The notes beneath the pieces are model-generated. The model made no database searches. It was not told the origin of the DNA and saw nothing but the letters and a program-made list of their open reading frames with translations. A DNA stretch of 37,630 nucleotides from Ministeria vibrans ATCC 50519 (Eukaryota > Protista > Filasterea), in NCBI GenBank assembly GCA_943704425.1, contig CALSCP010002497.1, positions 201,735 to 239,364 on the forward strand, in the 5' to 3' direction. The position numbers were made by a program, and so were the translations under genes. The stretch's first letter is position 1, and every line of letters starts with the position of its first letter. Positions 1-12,173 of this stretch are shown here, in pieces.

Positions 1-119
1 AAAAAAAAAAAAAAAAAAAAAAAAGATAAAAATTAATCATGTGTTATGAGTATTATAAGACGTATTAATCCATGGGTGGGTGTAATAATTATTAATATTT
101 ATTATTATTAATTATTTTG

Positions 120-1889
120 TTAAAACAACGTACCAACGATGATCCAGAGCGTCGGATTATTTTCACTTTGAGTGGACAACGACGGTGTCACAAGCACCGT
201 CACAAGTGACGGGAGAGTAGCGGGTGTGATTGACGAAACGGTGGTGTTTACGCCAGGTGTGACAAAAGGCGGCTGAGCGCCTACCGTCACAACGGTGGTG
301 TTTGCCGACGAGACCCACGGTGACGAGCTGTAGTACACACCGCCACCGCCGCTCACGTCAATGTCCCCAAGTGGAAACTCAAAATACACCGTGGCACTCA
401 CGAGAAGCGCCACCCCAACGGGCTCTAATCTGTACACGTGAGCGCCTAACGCTCGTCCGACCGGCAGCGAGTCAAAAGGCGTCGAAAGATCACTGGTACC
501 AACGCTCACATCACACTCGGTAATGGTAATATTGGTGGAAGTGACGAATGCTCCGGCGGGAAAGACAATGTGAAAGTCTGATGCGGGTGTGAGGGAAAGC
601 ACCAGTCCGGTGGGAGGAACCAGCGCTTGCACGCTTGCTCCCTGACACACATCATCGAGTGTTTGCGCGCGCGTTACGTTGACCGACACAGACACAATGC
701 CAACATGCTGCGCAGGATCGCTTGCAATAATGGTCAGTCCAACGACACCCTCGCTGAGTGGGATAAACGTGAGGCGGTACTCATTTGCCGCGCCCGTTTC
801 CGTCGCGTTGATGGCGGTCGTCTCGACAATGGCATCGTCGTTACCAAACGCATTCAGCACCACACCGTTCAGAACCGTCTCCGGCGCCTCCACGAGAACC
901 ACCAAGAACACAACGCTGTAGGGCACGTTGACAACCGCCTCGATTTCAAGAGGTAGCTGTTCGAAGCGAAGCGTGTCACTTGTCTGCAGCGCTGCAGTGG
1001 TCGACGCAGTCGCGGCAGCAAATGAGGAGGCCGCATCGGCGGCAGTGGGGGTGGCAACCAAACTTGATTCTTGCAGTAGGGCCACTCCCGTTGTCTCCAT
1101 TGGAGCAGACACCGTCGAAAAGATATTTTCGTCAGGCACGGCAGTGGTCGCCGTCTCGGCTGCCTGAGTTGAAAAGAGGTTTTCCCCGCTTGTTGCAGTC
1201 GAGCTCGCAGGTAGCGATGTCGCCTCCTCCGCCATTTGGGTCGAGAAGATGTTCTCCTCAGGGAAGGCTGTCACAGTTGCTCCCAGTGCGGCAGTCGATA
1301 ACTCCATCAGCGGCACAGCGGTCGTCTCCGCAAAAGCCGCCGTCGTTGTCGCCTCTGCAATGCAAAACAATAATAATTATGATGTTACTTCTCACGAAAA
1401 AAAAAGAAAGCCCAAACTGTTTGTCCACCGCACATTCACAACCACTTTTGTGGGTGTGCATACAGCAACACCAAAAAGAACCTTTTTTTTTCATACGCTC
1501 TGAAAAATGAACTTACCGAGACAGCATGTCGTAAAGTAGCCCTGAGTCGTTGTCGAGCCCCCCTGGTCGTCGCTCACGGTGAAATTGAACACTCCCACGC
1601 CAGGCTTGACGGGAGTCAGTACGACGTGACGCACGAAGCTGCCGACAACAAAGAGCCTTTCTTGAGGAAGCACATCGGGCGTCAGAGTGACCGCGGTCGA
1701 GACGAGGTCAAATATAGGCGTCACATCGCTGTCGATGAAGACGCGGAACGAACGCTGAAGACCAATGGCCATGCCAACCTCGTTGATGACAGGAGACGGT
1801 AGGATTACGGGCGGAGCCGCTTCGCTCATACTGAACAGCAGCGTCAATGTCGCAAAAGCGAGCTGAAGCTTGGCAAGCCGTCTCCTCAT
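120..1889 (-). CDS. Type I cell-surface protein: signal peptide, two Ig/cadherin-like beta repeats, Ser/Thr/Ala-rich stalk and ZU5-like domain; 3' end lies outside the window
   Basis: Hydrophobic N-terminus MRRRLAKLQLAFATLTLLFSMSEA. Intron ~1356-1516 (gtaagt...tgcag) joins ORFs 1491-1907 and 120-1370. ZU5-like segment IVFPAGAF..NITITE..VYRLEPVG. A TM helix starts at LWIIV, followed by a gtacgt donor at ~133. Confidence 0.6.
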
Positions 1890-2789
1890 CTCAATGATGT
1901 TACACACAGAAAACGAAGGAAAAAAAAACGCGTCCCCTCCCCTTCACACTCGCGCACAACCTCGTCGATTACGCTTCAGAAAGAGACCAAAGGGAGAGCG
2001 CGTGAAGAACGTTCAAAGTACGAATAACAAAAAGTTTGTCTTTGAATCTTAAGTGTTTTTGTGCAAACAATTAGTCTCGTCGTCACGAAAAAAAAATCTT
2101 GCAGAGCACTCAAAACTCATCCTTTGCTCAAACGACCAAAATAACCAAATTCCCACTTACCATTTTTTGTATTCATCGCGAGTTTACCCAGGCTCTTACA
2201 TCGACTTCTGCGTCCAAGTGACAAAGTATCATTCTCTGGTACGTGTCGCGGTCGGTTTTCGCGAAACAGCAAATACCAAAAAGAAAAAAAAAAAAAAAAT
2301 CCGAGAGAAACCGAAACGCTGGTTTAAAGGGGGAATCGGCATTGAAATGGGTACAGGGGGTGTTCTGTACTGTGTAAAAGCAGCAAGTGCTCTCAAACGA
2401 GCTCTGTGGCCGTTTCGTTCGTTTCCGAATGGTCTTCTTTTTTGACATTCTCATCTTCTCATACTGAAAACGACAAGAGCAGCGGGACAATGCTCATTCC
2501 ACCTCAACAGTCACACCCAATAGTGGCTCTGTAACTCACTTCCAACACACCGCCGTCTATCAGTTCCCGCACAATCCCCAGACAGTTTTTTTTTTAAAAA
2601 AAACGATAAAAAACGATAAAAAAGAACGACCTCTCAAGGGCAAAATTGCCAGCAAGACTTGGCTGGGACGAACGCACGGCGTCACTTGGTTGCTTGTCTA
2701 ACGTGCCTTCCGTCTATTTGGTGCAGGAGTATTTCGTTGGACGAAACTCGACAAGAAACGTATATTTGTGCAGAGCACTTTGCCAAACG

Positions 2790-5700
2790 ATGAGCAACAA
2801 AGGGAGAAAGCACAGCACAGACCGGCCCATTTCGGTACGGATACATGACACACAAGGGGCGTTGCTGCGAGGGGATTGACAAGGCGCTGGTGGCTGTGCG
2901 TTGGGACGGGCGACGGCTTGTTAATGTGTTTTTGTCATAGGTGCTTGACCGGACGACCCTGTCGACGTCAGTGGGACGCCCAACGCCTCTGTCGCCCACG
3001 ACAGGTCTGCGCAAGGCAGCGGGGCCCAGTGGACGGCCCAAGTCGATGATGACGAGCGCTCATGGTGAGTCGGTGACTGCAGCGGATGTCGTTGTCGACA
3101 AGATGACTGGCGAGATCAACATTGCACCTTCGGATCTGGACAACCCCGAGCGTGTGGGGTTTCTTCATGTCAACACGCCCGCTCTCAAGAGTGGAGACAG
3201 ACGGTCGAGAATTACCACAGCCTTTGCCATTGAGTGGAAAACTCGCTACTGCGTCCTCAAGGCCAACCTTTTGTACATGTTTGCCAGTCCCAAGGTAATT
3301 AATTACCTGAAGCGATGATGATACTTGAACATTCATTGTCCACGGAAAAGTTTTTTAATGTGTCTTCGTCCTCACTGGTCTTCAGTAATAGTAATAATTT
3401 TCAATTTATCTAATCTTTTTTTCTTCGTCATGTTAGGAAACGTCGGCGATTGCTGTGTTCAACTTGAGCGGCTACAACATTATCGAAGAGACCAAGACGG
3501 ACGCGGAGGGCAGCAAGAGGGTGAAGCGATGGAAGTTTCACATGCGACACGACACGGAGCTTAATTGCGAGCTGGCCGTTGACTCACGCGATGAGTTGAA
3601 GCAGTGGGTGGAGAAACTCAGCGAGGCAACCTTACACACGCCTATCCCTTCGGGAATCACTGACCCATCAGGTAGAAAAGCGAAGCAGAAGTAAGGGCAA
3701 AAACGCTAATCTCTTGTTTTTGTTTGTGTGTTGTTTCAGTGGAGGCTGTGCGAAGCACGGTGGCGAAGAAGAGCACCATCAAGTCAGGTCGTCGTGCAAA
3801 CCCGGTGCACTTTAGTCGACCCAAGAGCGCCATCATTTATGCGCTGTCCGAGGATGAGGTCAAGAAGGCGTACACTGACAAGGTGCAATCGTCGGGTGTG
3901 AAAAAGGACGAACGACTCGGTCTCATCAACCTGCTCGACAAGAAAGTTCTGCGCACGACCATCACAGTAAGCATTAAGAATTGTTTTTCATTTATATTAT
4001 GTTTTTACTTTCACTTCGAAAAAAAAAGATAAAGAAAAAAACAAATCATTCACACAATATTTTAGAGTAAAACAACATGTCGCAATCTGTTGGACAACAT
4101 GTGCAAGCATGTGGGCACCGACGAAATGTTCTACTTTGGACTGGAGTACCAGGACTCGAAGGAAGAGTGGGCCTTTATGGAGCTTGACGACCGAGTCATG
4201 TCGCTCAAGCACCACAGCCAGACGCCCATTGTCATCAATCTGACCGTGCGTCTTGTGCCTATCAACCTTGACACAGTGATTCAGTTTGCGACGATCCACC
4301 AACTCTACTTGTACAGCAAGCGGCAGTTTATGAGTGGTGACCTGCTCTTTCCTGCCGAGACGGCTATTCTCCTGGCCTCCTTTATGCTGCAGGCGGAGCT
4401 TGGCCAGTACAACGAGGTACGCCACACGATGCGTCGTCTGCGGGACTATCAGCTGCTACCCGACGAGGTGGTGGAGCAGTACGAACTGCCGCCCAACGTT
4501 AACCGTACCAACTTCTGGACGGAGCGCATCATTCACCTTTTCAGCAAGCACGGCCCGCTCAGCAAGCCCAAGGCCCAGATGGCCTACCTCAAAATTATGG
4601 CAGAACATTCCCAGTTTGGCATTGTCTACTTCGACATTCAGGTAAAAAGAAAACCCTAACCCCTATTTTGTTTCGTCCATTGGAGTGTAGTGTGGAAACC
4701 CGAACTCGAAATTTTTATTTGAATGACAATCATGTTTGTTTTGTGTAGAACAAGCGCGGGACACCGCTGCTGCTGGGAATGCATCCGTTGTATGTGAATG
4801 TGTACCGACCAGACAACAAGGAGGAGCCACTGGTGAACTTCCAGTGGTCCGAGGTGCGCACGATGAGCGTCGACATGGACAAGTTTATCATCAAGCTCAA
4901 GGACCCCAAGGTGGCCGACTTTACGGCGTACACGAACCGCAACACGTCGTCGCAGCGCATCATTGCGCAGGCGATGCTTTGCCACAAGGGCTATCTTATC
5001 AGCAAGCACAACCCCATGCTGGTGGACAAGACAATGGGCAGTCAGATCAAGGCAGCGGCGCAAAAGGCCAAGGAAGAACGTGTGGTTGTGAAGCAGGCGA
5101 TTGTTGAGGAGAAGAAGCGCTTTGACGTGCAAATCCAGTCAGACCGCAAGGAACACGCTGTCGTGCTTGCCAAGCAGATTGAGCAGGAGCGGGCGGTGCA
5201 ACAGGAGCTTGCGAAAGAGCAGGAGGTGCTTGATCAGGAGGCGGCGTCGCGTCGTCAAAAGGCCGAGGACCGTGTCAAGGCAGTGCGCATCGCGCAGGAG
5301 CGTGCCGAAGCCGAGGCGCAGGCCGCCGTGGTGGCTGCCCAAGAGGAGTCGGCGCGTGCCAAAGAACTGGCGGCCGCGTCGGAGCGCACCGCTATTGAAG
5401 AGGCAGCCGCCGCCAAGGCCATGGCCGAGGAACTGACAGCAACTCGCCAGGAGCTCGAGGCAGCCGAGGAGCGACGTCTGGCGGCGGAGGCGGCCGCTGC
5501 GAGCGCTGCTGCAGAAGCTGCTACTGCGGCGGCAGCCGTTGCCGCGGCCGAGGCCGAGAAAAAGCGTCAGGAGCAAGAGATGGCGGCAGCCGAAGAGGCG
5601 GAGAAGCAGCGTCTTGCTGACGAGGCGCTGCTGCTCGAGGAGGAAAAGCGACTGGCGCAAGAGCGCAGCGAGGAGCAGGCAGCGCGCGTGCAAGAGTTGG

Positions 5701-6193
5701 AAGAAAAGCACGAAGCCGTAGAAGAACACCTGCAAGTGGCAGCACTCGAAGAACAGGCAGTCGAGCGCAGCGGCAGTGGCGAAGGTTCTACTGGCGAAGG
5801 CTCTACTGGCGGTGGCTCTACTGGCGGTGGCTACGTGCCTGTGACACGCGTGTATCATCGCGAACAGGAGTCAACGGCGAGACGCGGCTCGGATGCTTAC
5901 AAGTACGACGTGGACAAGCTGCGCGACCAGATGAAGGTTATGGAGAAGGAGAAGAAGGAGCGTTTTAAGAAGGGCTCTCAGCGTTGGTACCAGCAGGTAA
6001 GATGATTGTGGCGTTTTTTTTTTGTTGTTGTCCTTGCTGACACTCTGCTCTGTTTGTCTTGTCTTTGTCTGGATAGGCGTCTGTCTCCGAGCGCATCAAG
6101 TACTACGAAGAGTTGGCGCATGAGCGCAGGCCCTCCGATTGGGAGAAGGACACGAACCTCAAGGGTGACATGGCACACTACCCCAAGATTTAA
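2790..6193 (+). CDS. PH-domain + FERM-domain + coiled-coil protein with ERM/merlin-like tail (multi-exon)
   Basis: MSNKGRK exon spliced to 2941. PH motifs WKTRYCVLKANLLYMF and ELAVDSRDELKQWVEKL. FERM motifs FYFGLEYQD, LYLYSKRQFMSGDLLFPAETAILLASFMLQAELGQY and AQMAYLKIMAEHSQFGIVYF. Long E/A/K coiled coil. Last exon ASVSERIKYYEEL...YPKI*. Confidence 0.85.
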
Positions 6194-6334
6194 TTAGAAA
6201 AAATGCGAAACACACAGACTGTGAGAGGGAGAGGGAGAGAGGTTTTATTTTTTATTTTCTGTTCAAAGATATGAACGTGTGAACGAGTGAAATGCATTGA
6301 CTACAATCCTATTCTATTAGTGAAAAAAAATGGT

Positions 6335-8263
6335 TTATTTTTTCTTGAAGAAGGACATGAACGAGGCGGCTTCCTTCTTGGTGGCCGTGCCGGATACTTT
6401 CTTGGAGATGGGTTTCTTGGGGACGGGATCCTTTGGCTTAGAAGCAGCAGTAGCAGTGGTAGTGGTGGACAACGGTGGTGCGCGCGTGGCGGCAGGGGGA
6501 GCAGTTGCAGCAATGTCGTCGTTGTCCGACTCCGACTCCCACACAATCTCAGTGACCATGTACCCTTCGTCGTTGGTGTAAGTCTTCTTGACTCGTCTAC
6601 GTTTGCGTGCGTGCACTGCCGGACGTGGCTGTGCAGCAGGAGGCATGTCTACGTACAAATTGCAACAACAACAAAAAATAAAATCAGAAAAGTCAGTCAC
6701 ATCATCAGAGAGATCAAAAAGATCGTCATTCATCAGAGCATCATCATCATCATAATAAAAATAAAATAATATCATAATAATACCGTCGTCCTCGTCGCTG
6801 ATGTGATTGTTATTGAGCACACCCGCCTCCAGTGCTGCGGTGTTGTCCTCCTCTTCGCTTGAAAAAATTCCACGCTCCTCTTCGTCTTCGTCGACGCGAC
6901 TTCTACAGAGAAAAAAGTGCGCTTTAGAGATGAGACTGAAAAAAAATGAAAAAAAAATGCGCGCGTACCGCTTGACGGCCTTTTTCTTGTCTTTGCCGTC
7001 GCTCTTCTTCTTCTTCTTCTTTGATTCCTTTTGCTTCTTTGCCGATGTTTCAACCACAGGCACGGCCTTTGGCTTGGAAACCGCCGCGACGGACGACGCT
7101 GGGGTCTCGACACGGACCTTCTTGGTTGGTGACCGGCCCTCTTCAAAGATGCCCGGGTCGCCATCGTTGTCCGAGTCTGAGTCCACCACTCGCTTCGTCT
7201 TCTTCTTTACTGCCGTCTCTCGCTCTGAATCTTCCTCCTTCTCCGCCTGTGCCGCTTCCTTGACTGCTGCTACTGCTGCGGCCTTCTCAGCACTCTTTTG
7301 AAACATACCCTCCAGTTTCCCTGCACCCCCTTTGCTGCTCTTGGGGGTCACATTTGCCTTGAGCGTGGTCGTGGCGGGACCCTTGCCTTTGCTGGACGGA
7401 TTAGTGGTGGCAGCCGCTCCAAAGAAGGATCCTTCAGGCTTCTTTTTCGCTGCTGTAGTGGATGCGGCTGATGCTGAGGCTGATACTGCGGCTGCCTTGG
7501 AAGAAGTGGTCTTGATTGTCTTGGCGGCTGTCGCAGCGAAATTGGCCGGCTCTGCGCCGGCGTTGGATAGCGCTCTCTTGGGTGCCGACTTCGCCTCGTC
7601 GCATCGAACCATCCACTGTGATAATTTGTCCAAACCCGCTGACGTTGCCTCCACATCCGCCGAAAAGACACTTGTCACAAGTCCCTAATCAAACGAAAAA
7701 CAAAACATTGGAATTGGTCGCAGGACATTCGTCGATACCTTGGGCGATGCGGCTTGAGACAAGACCTCTGGTGCTGCTTGAACGCTGTACACATGTACAG
7801 CAGAGAGCTTATCGAAGGCAGCAAGCGTGTCTACAGAGGAGGAGGAGGAGAGCGTGAGAAGAGTGCGATCACTGCGACACGACGCAAACACGCACCGTCG
7901 AGCCTATCGCCGGGCACAAGCGCCATTGTCGACTTGCGCGTTGCCTTGTGGAGCCCTGAGACAAAGTACGTCACGGTGACGGGCGTGCCGCCACCGGCTC
8001 TTCTCTCCTCCACGAACTGAAACAGAATCCTGAAGACAAAACGAAGACAAAAAAAAACGTCAGTCGAAAAGACATTCGCGAGCGCTAGCGAGACACGGCA
8101 CTGCCTCAGATAGTGGGCAGTAGCAGAAGCATTTTGTTGGGGTGGCGTACTCCTTGGCTTGGGCGCAGGACACGCCGTGGTCGACACACACTCGCTTGTA
8201 CGTGAGAACTTGGTGATCGTCGTCAACGGCCGACGCCAGCTGCGACTGAATTGCGGTCACCAT
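6335..8263 (-). CDS. POLD3: DNA polymerase delta subunit 3 (p66/Cdc27/Pol32)
   Basis: N-terminal winged-helix motifs VLTYKRVC..AKEILFQF and VTYFVSG; VHVYSVQ; KKTYTNDEGYMVTE; C-terminal PIP-like SFMSFFKKK*. Multi-exon. Confidence 0.85.
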
Positions 8264-8371
8264 TGCGCACCACACGTCTGGGGGGAGGGGGGGTGGGGGC
8301 TCGCCTCAAGATAAAAGGGCCACGCGGCGAGAGAAAGAAACGTGTGAACACAGAAACGATTTTTTGATTGA

Positions 8372-8444
8372 CGCGCCAAAACAACAACTTACTCTCGAGA
8401 TCAAATGAATAAAACATACTTTCACTAGTTCACTTTTTTTCGCG
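8372..8444. promoter_or_regulatory. E2F/SCB-like sites in the POLD3-TPP1-like divergent region
   Basis: CGCGCCAAAA at 8372-8381 (reverse complement TTTTGGCGCG) and TTTTCGCG at 8437-8444, within the ~290 nt separating the two head-to-head ATGs. Confidence 0.4.
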
Positions 8445-8552
8445 AGTGCATCCAGCTCCGATCGCTGACTCCGCTGTCGATTCGTGGGCTGACTGTGTCG
8501 AGGCATCTTTTTCCGCACACATACATTGAGTCGTTGACGTAGAGAACCGATC

Positions 8553-8872
8553 ATGGCTGCGATCTATGCCAAAGGGACTCCGTGGCTGTACGACTTGGCA
8601 TCCGTCAAACGAACGCAGCCACGCACAGGCTATGTTCAGATCAGACAGGTAGGGCCCCATATCCATGTGTGTGGCGTGAAGCCAACCCCCCTCCCTCCCC
8701 CGTTTGATGAGTAGCCAGTCGAAGAGGACAATCCGAACCGTCTTGCCTTCCCGGACTGTGTTCTCGTCGACATTGCCGATCCCATCCATCACGTCCGTGC
8801 TGCACTCTCTAGGGACGCTGTTCAATCCATCTTGAATGCCAGGTACGACTTTTGCGGGCCTTTCTTTTCTCA

Positions 8873-8910
<38 letters not shown>

Positions 8911-8991
8911 TGAACTGTCTCTCTCTCTCTTGAACTCTCTCTCTCTCTCTTGAACTCTTGAACTCTTGAACTCTTGAACTCTTGAACTCTT

Positions 8992-9083
<92 letters not shown>

Positions 9084-10879
9084 AACTCTCTCTCTCTCTC
9101 TCTCTCTTGAACTCTCTCTCTCTCTCTCTTGAACTCTCTGTCATTCACTACTCTCTGAGTGCAGCAATCACCGCACCATTGCCGGAGCGCTCGTGGTCGT
9201 GACAGTTTGCTCGCTGTGGATCACCAAGGACGGCGCCATGTATGTCCTTGTCGACAAACTGAAGCCGATTGCGACAGAGAAGGTGGCTGACTATCGCGAG
9301 ACCAAGGCACTCCTCGAAGACCCCAGTGTGAGTCGCTGGGTGGCAGAGCAATCCAAGCTGCTTGAAGAGGCTAACAAGACCATGGAGAAGTATCGTGAAG
9401 CAACGTGTGCCGACGAAGACAGCCTCATCGACGACTTGGTCAGCATGAGCGACAAGCCTGGCTCGTCACGGACCAGCTCCTCGTCGGCACCCATCGTGCG
9501 TTCTCATCGCTCTCCCACCAAGACAGGCGTCACAAACAACAGTAACGGCATCAACACCAAGCAGGGTGACGACATGGGCGACGACAGCAAGCTGACCAAG
9601 AGCGCAGTCGATGATGATTTTGTGGTGCGTCGATTAGCGGGCGCTCGCAAGCTCGACCTGAGTTTGAGCGTCCAAGCGTGTTCGAGCTCCAAGAGAGCGA
9701 TTCATCAACTGATGACTGCACAAGATGCGACACCGTCAGTGGGTGGACAAGGTGCGTCGGGAGGAGGAGCGTCGGAATTTGCCAGTGGCGAGTTTGAGCT
9801 ACGATCGGACGACGATGATGATGACGACCACGAAGGCATGTGGTGCCAGCCTGTGCCCAAGAGCACGGAACACCAGTCAGACTTGGAGAGCAGCGAGGAG
9901 AGCGACGATGAGGATGACGACGATGAGGATGCAGACGACTACGCTGCACAATCGCGTCTCTCCATTGTGACCTTCAATAAGTCAAGCAGATCCATCGCCA
10001 GCCCCAAGAAACCACCGCAGCCCGCGTCACCAACACGCACCACCGCTACCGTTCCTCGTATTATCCGCCCTCTGTTCCCGTCATCCAGTGCTCTCCTCAA
10101 ACCCCCCACTTTGTCCAAGTCACCCACCGCCGAACGACCGACCCAGCAACCCCTCCCGACGTCGCGCTCACCGCCAAAGTCGCCCCAAAAGTCAAAGTCG
10201 CCGTTAAAGCCACAGTCACAGTTACAGTCACAGTCACAGTCACCTGACAAGTCCTTTGTTGGGTTATCTCCCAAGACTGCAGTGGCGTCACTGGCCAAGA
10301 CACGTAAGGGGCGCAAGGCGGTTCCAGAGATCGAGTCGGACGTTCTCTTTCCGTCCATTGAGTGCGAAGAGGCCAAGGAGTTGGTAGCGCCGGAGGACAA
10401 GCGGAAGAAAAGGAGGGAGAAGGAGGGAGAAGAGGAGGAGAAGAAGCAGAGAAAGGAGAGGGAGGCGGAGGAGGAGGAAATTGAGAGCAAGGCGAATATT
10501 GTGCGTGAGAAATCACCGTCACAAGCACCGCCCTCACTGCGGCGCCAACAGCTGCTCAACATCGACAACGTTTCCACTGACTCGGACAGCGACAGTGTTG
10601 ATGACGCCGCGAGTGAGCCCAGCCTTAGGGGCGACATGTCCCCCTCTCAGAACACTCCAAGCTTCGACGAGCACGACCTGGCTGCCTCAAAGTCTCCTGC
10701 TGCCTCTAGTGCCTTCGCCTTCCCCGAGACCCAAATGGACTTCAGTGACTCGCAAGACGATTCTGTGCTAACACCCTCTGTTATGTCGCAGTCTCTGCTT
10801 GAGACTCCAGCCCCATTTCAGAAACGGACCTCTGCTCGCAACGGTAAACAATGATATAATTATAACGACTCATAATCGT

Positions 10880-10910
<31 letters not shown>

Positions 10911-10952
10911 CTTATTATTATTATTATTATTATTATTTTATTATTTTATTCC

Positions 10953-11010
<58 letters not shown>

Positions 11011-11978
11011 TTATTCCTATTATTATTAATATATTCTTATTATAATAATAATTATGTTTCTTTTGTTATCATTATTTTTATTTTTTCTAATGTGTAGCAC
11101 ACATATTGGATGCAGATCCGTTGTCGGATGCCCTCCAGTTGAGTCCAACACAAGGGAGGACTCTATTTAAGCAGGGTTTGTACGAGTGGAAGCCTAACAA
11201 GGAGGAGGGGGAAAGCGGGGATATGGCAAGTGCAAGTGAGACGAGTGATGTTGTGCATCATGTGTCGTTGAGTGGCGCAAGTGGCAGTGTGTCATCGCCA
11301 GGTAGCCCAGTGTCACGTGGGAAGCATGGCAATGTGGCGGCTGTGACGGGAACGACGTCAGCAAGCAAGGCAAGCGGAGTAGTGGTGGCGAAATCACCCA
11401 AGAAATCGAGTGGACGCAAGCGCAATGAGAGTGAAGATGCTGACGAGGCGGTGATGGAGGAGGTGGTGCAACATCGATCGAAAAGGAGCAAGACTGAAGG
11501 AGAGGGAGAAAATCTTGAAGCTAAGAAGGCTCAGAAGAAGAAACTGATGATGGAAGTGGAGAAGAAGCTGAAGATGGAGATGGAAAGGAAGAAGATGGAG
11601 AAGGAGAAGAAAAAGATGAAGGAGAAGGCGACTGCGCCTGAGACGCAAATGATGTTGATGGATTGGAGTGAGGAGGAGAAAGAAGAAGAGGAGATTGAGG
11701 GGGAGGAGGAGAGTGTTGTTATTGGGGGCGGCAAAATCAGCATAGCAAGTCCTGTGTCGTCAGCTCCCTCCTCGGCACCCTCTGATACGCGTCAGCAGCG
11801 TCTGCGCAAGGCGGCAGAACTCACACGTGCCCTTTCGTCGGCCAGTCAAGAGAAGCGACGACAGGAGAACCTTGTGTCGCTGTTGGCCTTCTTTCGCGAA
11901 TCGCCTCGCTTACCTCACACCGACGCGACGCGTGTCCAGTTGGCCCGGCATATTCGCGAATTTTGGTCTCGTCGCTGA
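8553..11978 (+). CDS. TPP1/ACD/Est3-like OB-fold protein with a long disordered S/P/E-rich C-terminal region
   Basis: Spliced N-terminus MAAIYAKGTPWLYDL..GYVQIRQ|PVEEDNPNRLAFPDCVLVDIADPIHHVRAALSRDAV..|..AGALVVVTVCSL..MYVLVDKLK..LLEDPSV. This follows the TPP1/Est3 OB pattern (PWI..VQ..ISDG.H.I.A.LS.EA..G.LI..FYL.VD.F). Joins ORFs 9193-10854 and 11106-11978 across an AT-rich intron. Confidence 0.6.
8870..9140 (+). repeat. (CT)n microsatellite interspersed with TTGAACTC 8-mers (intronic)
   Basis: Directly visible in the sequence. Confidence 0.95.
10875..11085 (+). repeat. (TTA)n/(AAT)n microsatellite intron
   Basis: Directly visible; similar tracts at 23385-23530, 32760-32815 and 37525-37630. 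Confidence 0.95.
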
Positions 11979-12173
11979 ACAAGTGTCGCTGTATCCACCA
12001 TAATATTTGTATTACTCATTGTTAGAAAGTATAATTATAATAATTTTATAATAATTTTATAATAATAATAATAATAATAATTGTAATTGTAATAGAGAAT
12101 CGATAGCTGTGCTCAATGTCAAAACAAGACTAAAAGAATAATAATAATAATAATAGTCTACTAATTATCTTGG

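Noticed and set aside
5775-5832. 15-nt tandem repeat (GEGST/GGGST)
   Set aside because: An ordinary coding linker expansion.
8809-9202. RE/LS dipeptide ORFs, and a possible telomere-like repeat in the TPP1-like intron
   Set aside because: These translate a (CT)n microsatellite; TTGAACTC is not a recognisable telomeric unit.
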